Below, piece after piece: positions 39,090-47,605 of a stretch of DNA of 59,417 nucleotides. Origin of the DNA: Spirochaetota bacterium (GTDB lineage Bacteria; Spirochaetota; UBA4802; UBA5550); assembly GCA_050298055.1 (NCBI GenBank), contig JBNKTL010000018.1, positions 29,065 to 88,481 on the forward strand. Reading direction: 5' to 3'. A program made the position numbers and the translations under genes. The stretch's first letter is position 1. Each line of letters starts with the position of its first letter. The notes under the pieces are model-generated. The model ran no database searches. It worked only from the letters and a program-made list of their open reading frames with translations, and had not been told where the DNA came from.

Positions 39090-40098
39090 CGAGTTCCTCC
39101 TCTCCGGCACGGGCAACTATAATGTCACCGGCATCCTCAAGTTTCCTGATAATGTTAACGATCTTCTGCTGAGATTCTTCAACGTCCCGGAGCCTGATGG
39201 GTCCCATGAAATCCATGTCCTCCCGGAGGAGCGATGCCGCCCGTTTGGACATGTTCCTGAAAATCTTCTCCTGGACCTCAGCATCCACACCCTTGAGGGC
39301 CTTTGCCAGATCCTGTGTATCAACTTCTCTGAGTACCTTCTGGATGGACCTGTCATCGAGAAGAACAATATCTTCGAAGACGAACATTCTCTTCTTGATC
39401 TCTTCCGCCAGTTCAGGGTCCTCTTCCTCAAGTGCCTCTATAATTATCTTTTCGGTTCCCCGGTCAACATTGTTAAGCACTTCAACTATTGAATCGATAC
39501 CCCCCGCCGAAGTAAAGTCCTCGCTGGCGAGTGTGGAGAGCTTCCGCTCCAGGACCCGTTCAACCTCTCTCAGGACGTCCGGTGATGTTCTGTCCATCTG
39601 GGCTATCCTCCGGGCAACATCCGCCTGCACCTGGTGGTTAAGACCGGAAAGGATCTGTGCCCCCTTCTGGGGATCAAGATACGCCAGGATAAGAGCGATG
39701 GTCTGCGGGTGCTCCCCCTGGATAAAGTTCAGGAGATGGCTGGGATCGGTCCGCCTGATAAAATCAAAAGGCCTCACCTGCAGTGACGAGGTGAGCCTGT
39801 TTACGATGTCAATGGCCTTCTGTGTCCCCAGGGCCCTCTCGAGAACATCACGGGCATAATCGATCCCCCCGTTCTCTATGAAGTCCTGGGCCATCATCAT
39901 CTCCTGGAATTCCTGGAGAACATTGTCCCTGTCTTCCGGTTCAACCTTGTCCAGCCGGGCAATCTCAAATGTCAGCTGCTCGATCTCATCTTCCCTGAGA
40001 TGTTTGAAAACCTCGGCAGATGTATCGGAACCCAGGGATACAAGGAATATTGCCGCTTTCTGTCTTCCGGTTAATTGCTGTTTTTTACTAACCGCCAT
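39082..40098 (-). CDS. fliG: Flagellar motor switch protein FliG
   Basis: QKAAIFL, GGIDYA, EHPQTIA, MFVFED, RNMSKRAA. Confidence 0.98.
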   Translation of the reverse strand: MAVSKKQQLTGRQKAAIFLVSLGSDTSAEVFKHLREDEIEQLTFEIARLDKVEPEDRDNVLQEFQEMMMAQDFIENGGIDYARDVLERALGTQKAIDIVNRLTSSLQVRPFDFIRRTDPSHLLNFIQGEHPQTIALILAYLDPQKGAQILSGLNHQVQADVARRIAQMDRTSPDVLREVERVLERKLSTLASEDFTSAGGIDSIVEVLNNVDRGTEKIIIEALEEEDPELAEEIKKRMFVFEDIVLLDDRSIQKVLREVDTQDLAKALKGVDAEVQEKIFRNMSKRAASLLREDMDFMGPIRLRDVEESQQKIVNIIRKLEDAGDIIVARAGEEELVV

Positions 40099-40208
40099 TC
40101 TCTTTGCTCCAAAACGTGACTTTTTCCCCGATTATTTGTCAAATTCACTCATTTTTATTAAATAAACTCTTTCCGGTCTGAAAAGTCAAATTAAAAATTA
40201 CTCCGTCC

Positions 40209-41909
40209 CTACTCTTCAGCCAGCCAGGTCCTGAGAAGCTGTGCCACATCATCGGGCCTCTCCTTGGCAAGGTTCATCGCGTTTTCATGAAGGTCCTTCC
40301 GTGCCTTCTCTTCCAGTGAAAGCTCAACATCGATTCCCTCTTCCTCTGCCACACGGAGAGCGGCTTCCCTCATCCTCTGCTGTTCAAGAGCAAGCCTCTC
40401 TTCCCGTGCTCTTCTCCTCCTCTCAAGTTCTTTCTGGATGGCCCTGAAGAGAATGAACCCTACAAAGAGGGCGATAACCCCGATAAGAGACGCCAGGAGG
40501 AGCTTCTTCATCTGCTCACGCTTCCTGTACTCCTCCCTGATGGAATCCCAGTGCTTTGTTCTGTCGAACATTATGTTCTCAACGGCAACCTGGTCGCCCC
40601 TGGCTGAATTGAAGTTTATGGACTTCTTGACGATATTTTCCGCCTTTTTCAGCTCTTCCGCAGTAAGTTTAAGCTGCATGGGCTTCTTCGTAGGATCAAG
40701 ATCGTAGTCACCGTCAGGGAGCCGGGGGAGGTCCTGGATACCGTCAATGGCAATTGCCACGGAGATCTTCGTTATATCATAGGGGTCCCTTTCTATCTTT
40801 TTAACTGTCTTGTTCACAGCATGGTTCTTGATATTCTCGTCCTTGCTGTACTTGGCATACTGGTCATCACTTGCCTTATATCCCGGAGGTTTGTTTCCTT
40901 CGGTACCGGCGGGACCTTCCGGGTTCCATCCGTGTCCCTGAAACTTCTCCTTTGTGGCCTTTTCCGATATGACAAGAGAGTCCTTGATCTTACGCGTATT
41001 ATACGGCTTTGTGGGGTCCTGGGCCACCAGCTCTATGGGAGTATACTCCTCCTTCTCCTCGGAGATCTGGTCCCAGTTGAAGTCCATGTTCAGTCTTACA
41101 ACCTGTATCCTGTCACCGGAATAGATCTTCTCAAGACCTTCCCGTATATCCTTTAAAAGCTTTACCCGCGCCTTTTCCTCTATCTTCCGCCTGAACTCAA
41201 GTTTCGTATACTCGGTTTTGGCTTTATCCAATTCATCGTCAAAGTCAGAGATGATCCTTCCGTGGTCATCGGTAACGGTAACATTTTCGGGGTTGAGCCT
41301 GTTCCCCACAGCCCGGGAGACAAGATATGTTATCCCCTTGATCTCCTTCTTGGAGAGCTTATCATATCCCGGCGCAAGGTGCACTGTCACCGCCGCGGTA
41401 TAGGGTGTCTGCTTGTCCGAGTAAAGGCTGTCCTCGGAGAGGGCAATCTCTACCGATGCCTTATCTATGTTCCGGAGAGACTGTATATGCTTTCTGACTT
41501 CATCTGTCAAAGCCCTCATATACTTGACATTCAGTTCCTTCTCGGTCTCTGTCCATTTGGATACATCGAAGAGTTTCCACCCGGGAATTCCCTTGGGGAT
41601 CATGTCCTCCTGCGCAAGCCGGGTAAGGATGATATCCCTTTCATCAGGTTTCACAAGTATTGATGTTGTACCGGAGGTATCGTAGTAGTAGCCCATCTCC
41701 TCCAGCTTCTTTGTCACCTGCCCAAAATCGTTGGAGGAGAGATCGGAAAAGAGTATACTGTGGGGCTCACCTGAGGATACGGAAAACAGTACAATAAAAG
41801 CCGCAACAACAACCGTTGTAACCACTCCGATTATTATCTTCTTGGTCCTGTCAAGCTTATTGAAGACCTCTTTGATCTGATTAATAAGGTTTGCAAAGAA
41901 TTCGTTCAT
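40209..41909 (-). CDS. fliF: Flagellar MS-ring protein FliF
   Basis: Two TM segments, TAAVTVH, NVTVTD, RGDQVAVEN, VAQLLRTWL. Confidence 0.95.
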   Translation of the reverse strand: MNEFFANLINQIKEVFNKLDRTKKIIIGVVTTVVVAAFIVLFSVSSGEPHSILFSDLSSNDFGQVTKKLEEMGYYYDTSGTTSILVKPDERDIILTRLAQEDMIPKGIPGWKLFDVSKWTETEKELNVKYMRALTDEVRKHIQSLRNIDKASVEIALSEDSLYSDKQTPYTAAVTVHLAPGYDKLSKKEIKGITYLVSRAVGNRLNPENVTVTDDHGRIISDFDDELDKAKTEYTKLEFRRKIEEKARVKLLKDIREGLEKIYSGDRIQVVRLNMDFNWDQISEEKEEYTPIELVAQDPTKPYNTRKIKDSLVISEKATKEKFQGHGWNPEGPAGTEGNKPPGYKASDDQYAKYSKDENIKNHAVNKTVKKIERDPYDITKISVAIAIDGIQDLPRLPDGDYDLDPTKKPMQLKLTAEELKKAENIVKKSINFNSARGDQVAVENIMFDRTKHWDSIREEYRKREQMKKLLLASLIGVIALFVGFILFRAIQKELERRRRAREERLALEQQRMREAALRVAEEEGIDVELSLEEKARKDLHENAMNLAKERPDDVAQLLRTWLAEE

Positions 41910-42075
41910 AATTCTGCTCCGGCAATAGGGTAAAATAATTGGGAAAACCTAATGTGACATAATACATTCTTAATTAAACAAAAAAAAATGTCAATTAATT
42001 TACTAAAAAATGGAGAATTTTACTATTAAATTCTGAATTTTTGTTCACTAATTAACACCCCTTTTCCCGGTTACC

Positions 42076-42399
42076 CTACCTCAGGTTTATAAGATCTCTG
42101 AATGCCCTGATCGCTTCATCCCTGATGGTTTTCATCATAGTCAGAGATAGCTCCGCTTTCTGGGCCGATATCATTACCGTATGGATATCAACAGATTCCG
42201 GCTGGGAGATCATTTTCTGAATCAACTCTTCCGACTTGACCTGTTGATTATTAACATTCTCTATGGCACCGTTGAGCATATCCGAAAAGGTAGCCGCTTC
42301 CTTTTCAACCGCCTTTCTTTTGTCTTCAACCCTGTGGCCGTAATGAAGTTCATGTGTTGCCTTCAGGTTCACAATGTGCCCGGTACTGTTTATTGCCAT
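42076..42399 (-). CDS. fliE: Flagellar hook-basal body protein FliE
   Basis: DIHTVMISAQKAELSL...IRDEAIRAF. Confidence 0.93.
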   Translation of the reverse strand: MAINSTGHIVNLKATHELHYGHRVEDKRKAVEKEAATFSDMLNGAIENVNNQQVKSEELIQKMISQPESVDIHTVMISAQKAELSLTMMKTIRDEAIRAFRDLINLR

Positions 42400-42561
42400 T
42401 TAGATAACTCCTCTTGCATTGTTAAATCTCATTTCAATTTTTGAAGAGATATACTGGTCACCGTCAAGATACCCTCTCTTCTCATGTTTATTCATGCTGA
42501 TCTTCCCGGAAAGATCATGTGTAACATAGATTTCCTTTTTGTCTAATCGTTCCCTGAACAT
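42400..42561 (-). CDS. Small 53-aa hypothetical protein between flgC and fliE (not in ORF track)
   Basis: GAGGAGG RBS 7 nt before ATG; MFRERLDKKEIYVTHDLSGKISMNKHEKRGYLDGDQYISSKIEMRFNNARGVI; TAA abuts the fliE ATG. Confidence 0.62.
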   Translation of the reverse strand: MFRERLDKKEIYVTHDLSGKISMNKHEKRGYLDGDQYISSKIEMRFNNARGVI

Positions 42562-42595
42562 CCTGCTGCCTCCTCTGCCGTCACCGGTTATTCCT

Positions 42596-43060
42596 TTATC
42601 CTATATTTCTTCCGATCTCCAGGGCCCTGTTATACATGGCCTTGGCATTGTTTACCATCATAATATTGGCCTCATACGACCTCGATGCGGAGATAAGATC
42701 TGTCATCTCTGTTACCACATTCACATTGGGCATCTCCACGTATCCCTTCTTCGGTCCTGTTTTTATTGCATCGGGATGATGAGGATCATAGACCAGCCTG
42801 AAGGGAGTTTTATCACCCTCAATTTTCACGATCCGCACTCCCCTCCCTGTACCGTGATCAATTCTGCCCGGGACAAGGGGTGATTTATAAAAAGGCCTGA
42901 TATTCACAGGTGTAAAAATTGCTCTCTTTCTCCTGTACGGCCCCCCTTCGGTTGTTCGGGTAGTGGTAGCATTTGCGATATTGTTGCTTATCAGGTCCAT
43001 CCTCAGGCGCTGTGCCGTTAAACCTGTTGAAGCGATGTTGAAACTATCAAACATTCCCAT
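42596..43060 (-). CDS. flgC: Flagellar basal-body rod protein FlgC
   Basis: AQRLRMDLISNNIANA, YDPHHPDA, PNVNVVTEM, SRSYEAN. Confidence 0.97.
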   Translation of the reverse strand: MGMFDSFNIASTGLTAQRLRMDLISNNIANATTTRTTEGGPYRRKRAIFTPVNIRPFYKSPLVPGRIDHGTGRGVRIVKIEGDKTPFRLVYDPHHPDAIKTGPKKGYVEMPNVNVVTEMTDLISASRSYEANIMMVNNAKAMYNRALEIGRNIG

Positions 43061-43076
43061 ATTCTCTTTTTACCTC

Positions 43077-43505
43077 TTATGCAGCTCTCATGGCAATTTT
43101 CAGCATTTTGTAATTATGATTGAGACTGGCAATAAAGGAATTGTACCTCATCATGTTCTTTGCAGCATCAACCATCTCTTTTTCAATATCAACGTTGTTC
43201 CCGTCATTCCTGTAGGTGGTATTATAATCCAGGTTTATCCGTGGTCTCACACCCCGGATATCTCTTGGAACAAAAAAAGGAATATGACGCGAATCTGTTT
43301 TAATCATGGGCAGCCTGCTCTCAGCGCTTCTGCTTTCGGTAATTGCCCTTTGCAATTCGCTCTCAAAGTTAACTTCACTTCTTTTAAAGTGCGGAACATC
43401 CACATTGGCAATGTTATTGGAGATGACCTTCCTCCTGAGAGACTCAACGTCCAGAGATCTCTCTAAGAGGTAGTTGGTTTTTGTAAAATTACTGTTGAAA
43501 AACAT
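43077..43505 (-). CDS. flgB: Flagellar basal-body rod protein FlgB
   Basis: NNIANVDVPHFK, RNDGNNVDIEKEM; start placed at ATG 43505. Confidence 0.96.
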   Translation of the reverse strand: MFFNSNFTKTNYLLERSLDVESLRRKVISNNIANVDVPHFKRSEVNFESELQRAITESRSAESRLPMIKTDSRHIPFFVPRDIRGVRPRINLDYNTTYRNDGNNVDIEKEMVDAAKNMMRYNSFIASLNHNYKMLKIAMRAA

Positions 43506-43623
43506 CCTTTTTTCCCTTTTTTCGTTTTTCTTTCTTCTCAGTATAATTTTCGGAATTCCTGAAATTTTAATAAGATGTTTTTTTAGGAGACATAAATTTT
43601 TTGTCTTTTTATAGGCGGGTTTT

Positions 43624-43661
43624 TTTTTGAAGGCGGGGTCACGTGACCCCGCCTTCAAAAA
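43624..43661. repeat. Perfect 38-bp REP-like palindrome related to the hairpin at 162-205
   Basis: TTTTTGAAGGCGGGGTCAC|GTGACCCCGCCTTCAAAAA. Confidence 0.75.
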
Positions 43662-43664
43662 GAC

Positions 43665-43695
43665 AAAAAAAAATGCCACTTTGGGGAAGTGGCAT
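43665..43695 (-). terminator. Rho-independent terminator (minus strand)
   Basis: ATGCCACTT-CCCCA-AAGTGGCA hairpin followed by a run of 9 T. Confidence 0.7.
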
Positions 43696-44089
43696 AAGGA
43701 AATAAAACTGTTCTAATTGGAGGAAAATTGTGAAATATAATAAATTAATGGGAAAAATTTATTATATTAAATGGTTCTCAATATCGAACACTAAGAAATA
43801 TACAAAATACCAGGAAAAGTTCAATAGGCGAAAGGATAAAAGTTAAGTAGGTGATATAATAAAAAATAAATAGGGGTATTTCCACTTTTATTATAGGGGA
43901 TTCCCCTATAATAATCACTGAATCATTTTTTTTATTAACAAATAAAATTCATATGTTTAAGTTTTCTGATATAAGGATAAACACTGATAAATAATGAATT
44001 CCTTGTGAAAAATAAAAAACTATCTGCTCCCCTGCTTCGGCGAAGGCAGGCTAAAATTTTTTATATTATTCACTCATAATTAATTAAAA

Positions 44090-45691
44090 TTATTCTGCTC
44101 TCTTTTTGTAAATGGGCAGAACAATAACAGAAAAGAGAAATGCAAGAACAATGTAAAGAAAAATATCCCCTGTTTTTGAATACACTGTATCATGATTATA
44201 CGAAAAATCGAGATCTCCCACCAGATATCCCTTTGTTAAGATGGGAATAGATTTTCTGATCCTGCCGTAGGGGTCAATAGTAACGGTGTACCCTGTATTA
44301 CCGGACCGCACATACCAGATACCGTTCTCTATTGCCCGGAAAACCGATGCCGAAAAATGCTGAATATGACCGTTGTATGTATCAGTCCAGCCGTCATTTG
44401 TAATATTAACAAAAAAATCTGCCCCCCTCCTCTTATACTCCCTGCAGAGCCTGTAGAATATGCCCTCATAGCATATAAGTGTTCCGAATTTTCTTCCCAT
44501 AAAGGTAAAAAGCTGTGGTTCCTTTCCGGGAACAAAGCTTGAGCCGCCGTAACTTTCCGCGATTCTCTTCACTGAGGGAAGCAGTTTTTCATAGGGGAAC
44601 CACTCCCCAAAGGGTACAAGATTAATTTTCGGATATGTCTGCAGCACCTCCCCCTTTCCGTTTATAAAAACCGCGTTGTTCTGTGCCTTTTTGCTCCTGT
44701 AGATGCCCGATATAACGTCGGTAAGACCTATCTCCCCTGTGAGAAGGGGCTTACCCGAAGATCTGACAAATTCCATAAGAATTTCATCAAACCGGTTAGA
44801 CAAGCCGTTCTCATACCTGAATGATATGTTTTCAAGGGTGGCGGATTCTGACCAGATGAGCATGTCGGGATCATCCCTGAGAGATTTTTTACTGTACCTG
44901 ATCAGCTGGGAAAGATAGAGGTATTTGTTCTGGTTCCAGTTCTTCCAGGGAGAAATACACGACTGTACAACCGACACCCTGATGTCTCTTTTCAGCTCAC
45001 CGCTGTTTATATTCAGTTTCACCGCCCCGTACAAAACAACCGCAAAGAAAAAGAGCGTGAAAATCCCCAGACGCCTGAATTCAGGAATATTCCCCATCCC
45101 GGCAAACTTCCATTCCCTTTCAACAAGTTTCCCCGCCAGACCGGCTAACAGCGTGTTGGCTAAAATTAAAATGAAGTTGATACCAAGCACTCCGGTTATG
45201 GACGCCAGCTGGATAAAGGGGAGAAACTGGTGCTGCGAATATCCCCAGTAGGTCCAGGGAAACGCAAGGTAGCCGATAGACATGATCCAGTCAAAGAATA
45301 CCCATACAGCCGGGTAGATAAATATTCGCATCTTTTCATTTCTCCGGGAGAGGATCTCGGCAACAAGGATCCTCCCCGCAAAGATAACACTGAGAAAAGG
45401 AATCAGCATGGATACGATAAGGGTATATCCCCCGGGGATGCCTCCTGCGAAGTGGCCTATCCACCTGTAGGTCAGGAAGTTCCCGATCAACCCGGTGATG
45501 AAAGAAGTGATATAGATATCCTTCTTTTTCCTGCCCCGTACAGAGATCATGAGGGGAACAAGGGCAACCCAGGCGAAAAAGGAATATCCCTTGAGAAACC
45601 AGATATCATAACTGGGAAAAGAGAGGAAGATCAGAACCGACGTGAGCAGGGAGTAATGATTCAGCGCAAGGTCTTTTAATTTTTGTTTCAT
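44090..45691 (-). CDS. lnt: Apolipoprotein N-acyltransferase
   Basis: TM N-half; WSES (Glu), K..LVPFGE, ICYE, NITNDGW. Confidence 0.95.
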   Translation of the reverse strand: MKQKLKDLALNHYSLLTSVLIFLSFPSYDIWFLKGYSFFAWVALVPLMISVRGRKKKDIYITSFITGLIGNFLTYRWIGHFAGGIPGGYTLIVSMLIPFLSVIFAGRILVAEILSRRNEKMRIFIYPAVWVFFDWIMSIGYLAFPWTYWGYSQHQFLPFIQLASITGVLGINFILILANTLLAGLAGKLVEREWKFAGMGNIPEFRRLGIFTLFFFAVVLYGAVKLNINSGELKRDIRVSVVQSCISPWKNWNQNKYLYLSQLIRYSKKSLRDDPDMLIWSESATLENISFRYENGLSNRFDEILMEFVRSSGKPLLTGEIGLTDVISGIYRSKKAQNNAVFINGKGEVLQTYPKINLVPFGEWFPYEKLLPSVKRIAESYGGSSFVPGKEPQLFTFMGRKFGTLICYEGIFYRLCREYKRRGADFFVNITNDGWTDTYNGHIQHFSASVFRAIENGIWYVRSGNTGYTVTIDPYGRIRKSIPILTKGYLVGDLDFSYNHDTVYSKTGDIFLYIVLAFLFSVIVLPIYKKRAE

Positions 45692-45871
45692 GGGATTGTT
45701 TTTTATGAAATTTATTTTGATAAAATATTTTTTTTCTATTAATTTATTAATGAAAGTTAGTTATTGGTGTTCACCGGGAACTCATTAATTGATCAGTTTA
45801 CGTTACTGTTCAGTTAATAGAGTAGGAATAAGGGGAATTATTTGTCAATATTAAAATTTTATTAAAATATC

Positions 45872-45901
45872 TTGACAGATATTCGTTCTACAAAATAAGG
45901 T
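45872..45901 (+). promoter_or_regulatory. Possible sigma70 promoter of the tRNA pair
   Basis: TTGACA-N18-TAAGGT ending 11 nt before the first tRNA. Confidence 0.45.
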
Positions 45902-45912
45902 CTCTTTTGTAT

Positions 45913-45985
<73 letters not shown>

Positions 45986-45994
45986 ATCAGATTT

Positions 45995-46068
45995 GGCGGA
46001 GTAGCTCAGTTGGTTAGAGCACACGGCTCATATCCGTGGTGTGGGGGGTTCAAGTCCCTCCTCCGCTA
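45995..46068 (+). tRNA. Elongator tRNA-Met (CAT), CCA not encoded
   Basis: Cloverleaf GGCGGAG/CTCCGCT acceptor stem, CACGG-CTCATAT-CCGTG anticodon arm, TTCAAGT T-loop. Confidence 0.92.
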
Positions 46069-46087
46069 CATCTTTTAACAGGCTTTC

Positions 46088-46127
46088 CTTTAACGATATA
46101 CCCACTGCTTTAACGATATACCCACTG
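46088..46127. repeat. Perfect 20-bp tandem duplication
   Basis: CTTTAACGATATACCCACTG twice. Confidence 0.9.
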
Positions 46128-46162
46128 TAAGAAAAGTATTCATGATAAAATTTTTGGAGTTG

Positions 46163-46564
46163 TTATTCTGTATCGATGTAAATAGAGAAATCGAATTGCG
46201 CAACCAGACGATTTTTGGCCGGGACTTCCGTGAGTAAAATCCTGTAATTTCCGGGAGGAAGCCCGTAAATTTCACCATAAATTGCCGGCTTTTCCGTATC
46301 AACATAATCTGATTTCCTGCTGATATCTATCCAGGAGATATCCTTCTTCAGGAGAATAACACCGACCCTTGTTCTTCCGCCGGCACTTCCCAGTTTATAG
46401 ACCCAGTTGATCCTTTCACTGCTGTTAAACTGGTGATTTTTATTGTCAATCTTTCTGTAATATTCTTCACCAAATTTCTTTATGGCAAACTCTCCTTTCA
46501 AACCTCCACAGGAGATGAAAAAAAATGACAATAAAAACAGATATATGGGGGTTCTGACTTTCAT
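46163..46564 (-). CDS. Hypothetical lipoprotein
   Basis: Spirochaetal lipobox FFISC after a hydrophobic stretch; beta-rich, GLPPGNYRI; likely ATG 46564. Confidence 0.65.
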   Translation of the reverse strand: MKVRTPIYLFLLSFFFISCGGLKGEFAIKKFGEEYYRKIDNKNHQFNSSERINWVYKLGSAGGRTRVGVILLKKDISWIDISRKSDYVDTEKPAIYGEIYGLPPGNYRILLTEVPAKNRLVAQFDFSIYIDTE

Positions 46565-46594
46565 TCTTTTTTTACTTTCAACCAACGGGTCTGG

Positions 46595-46804
46595 CTATTC
46601 CACCTTGTACTGGTCCTTATCAAGCTCAATAATATCCTTATTATTCCTGCCCTTTACATTTTCCTGCCGGTCATTCCTGTCAATGTTGGAAAACCGTTTC
46701 TTTCCCTCCTGCACACCCTTCCCAAGGTAAAAGACAAACCTTAAAAGGTTAAAGATTATATATCCTATAAACAGGAAAAACAGTAATTTGAAAATACCTG
46801 TCAT
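46595..46804 (-). CDS. Small single-TM hypothetical protein
   Basis: GGAG RBS, N-terminal TM, C-terminal IIELDKDQYKVE. Confidence 0.7.
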   Translation of the reverse strand: MTGIFKLLFFLFIGYIIFNLLRFVFYLGKGVQEGKKRFSNIDRNDRQENVKGRNNKDIIELDKDQYKVE

Positions 46805-46835
46805 TTTGCACTACTCCGGGTTAATTTTACTTTTA

Positions 46836-47573
46836 TCACTTTTTTGCATTGTACTCGTCAATTATGTCAACCATTTCCCTCACCGCAGCAGGTAATCCCG
46901 TCATAACAGCCCGGGAAATAATAGAATGTCCGATGTTGAGTTCATCAAGTCCCGCAGATTCAAGGACACTGTGAATATTCCGGTAATTGAGCCCGTGTCC
47001 GGCATTGACTCCTATCCCGATCCTTACCGCTTCTTCCGCTGCCCGGTAGATCCTCTCTCTTTCCCGGGCTTCACCTTCTTTACCGAAGGCGTTGCAGTAT
47101 GCCCCTGTGTGGATCTCGATAGAGTCCGCTCCCGTATCAAGTGAACGTTTCACTGTTTCACCATCCGGTTCAACAAAGAGAGAGACGGTAATGCCCAGCC
47201 CCTGAAATCTTTCCGTTACCGCGGATATCTTTCGGAAATTCCCCTTTACATCCAGCCCGCCCTCCGTGGTGAGCTCCTCCCGCTTTTCAGGGACAAGGGT
47301 TACCTGGTCGGGAACAACCCTGCAGGCAATCTCAACAATTTCGTCCGAAAGGGCCATCTCAAGGTTATATTTTCCCCTGAGAACGTTCTTTAAGTTTATT
47401 ACATCCTGGTCCTGGATATGACGCCTGTCCTCTCTGAGGTGGACCGTGATCCCGGATGCACCGTTTTCCTCACAGAGGAGTGCCCCTGTAACAGGATCAG
47501 GTTCAATCCCCCCCCTTGCTTCTCTCACTGTAGCTATATGATCAACATTTACACACAATTTAATATCAGACAT
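46836..47573 (-). CDS. pdxJ: Pyridoxine 5'-phosphate synthase
   Basis: VNVDHIATVR, HLREDRRHI, TTEGGLDV, NAGHGL, ELNIGHSI. Confidence 0.97.
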   Translation of the reverse strand: MSDIKLCVNVDHIATVREARGGIEPDPVTGALLCEENGASGITVHLREDRRHIQDQDVINLKNVLRGKYNLEMALSDEIVEIACRVVPDQVTLVPEKREELTTEGGLDVKGNFRKISAVTERFQGLGITVSLFVEPDGETVKRSLDTGADSIEIHTGAYCNAFGKEGEARERERIYRAAEEAVRIGIGVNAGHGLNYRNIHSVLESAGLDELNIGHSIISRAVMTGLPAAVREMVDIIDEYNAKK

Positions 47574-47605
47574 CTTTTATTCCCAATCATTAAATCAACC
47601 TGTTA

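Noticed and set aside
16826..39859. Long antisense ORFs (e.g. 16826-17719, 37273-38082, 38674-39492, 39197-39859)
   Set aside because: They are shadows of well-conserved genes on the opposite strand, with no RBS or recognisable motifs
43506..43679. 58-residue N-terminal extension of FlgB in the ORF track, and a c-di-GMP riboswitch in this leader
   Set aside because: The extension runs through palindromes and poly-A tracts and is not FlgB-like; no GEMM-type motifs are seen
43730..43846. 38-aa ORF as a type I toxin
   Set aside because: No hydrophobic helix and composition is typical of AT-rich DNA; kept only as an alternative within the sRNA finding
44030..44051. Short hairpin CCTGCTTCGGCGAAGGCAGG as another MITE copy
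   Set aside because: No matching terminal repeats at the expected distance; more likely a terminator-like hairpin for lnt or an unrelated repeat remnant
45995..46068. Second CAT tRNA as tRNA-Ile2
   Set aside because: The GGCGG acceptor stem and ACGG/CCGT anticodon stem resemble bacterial elongator tRNA-Met
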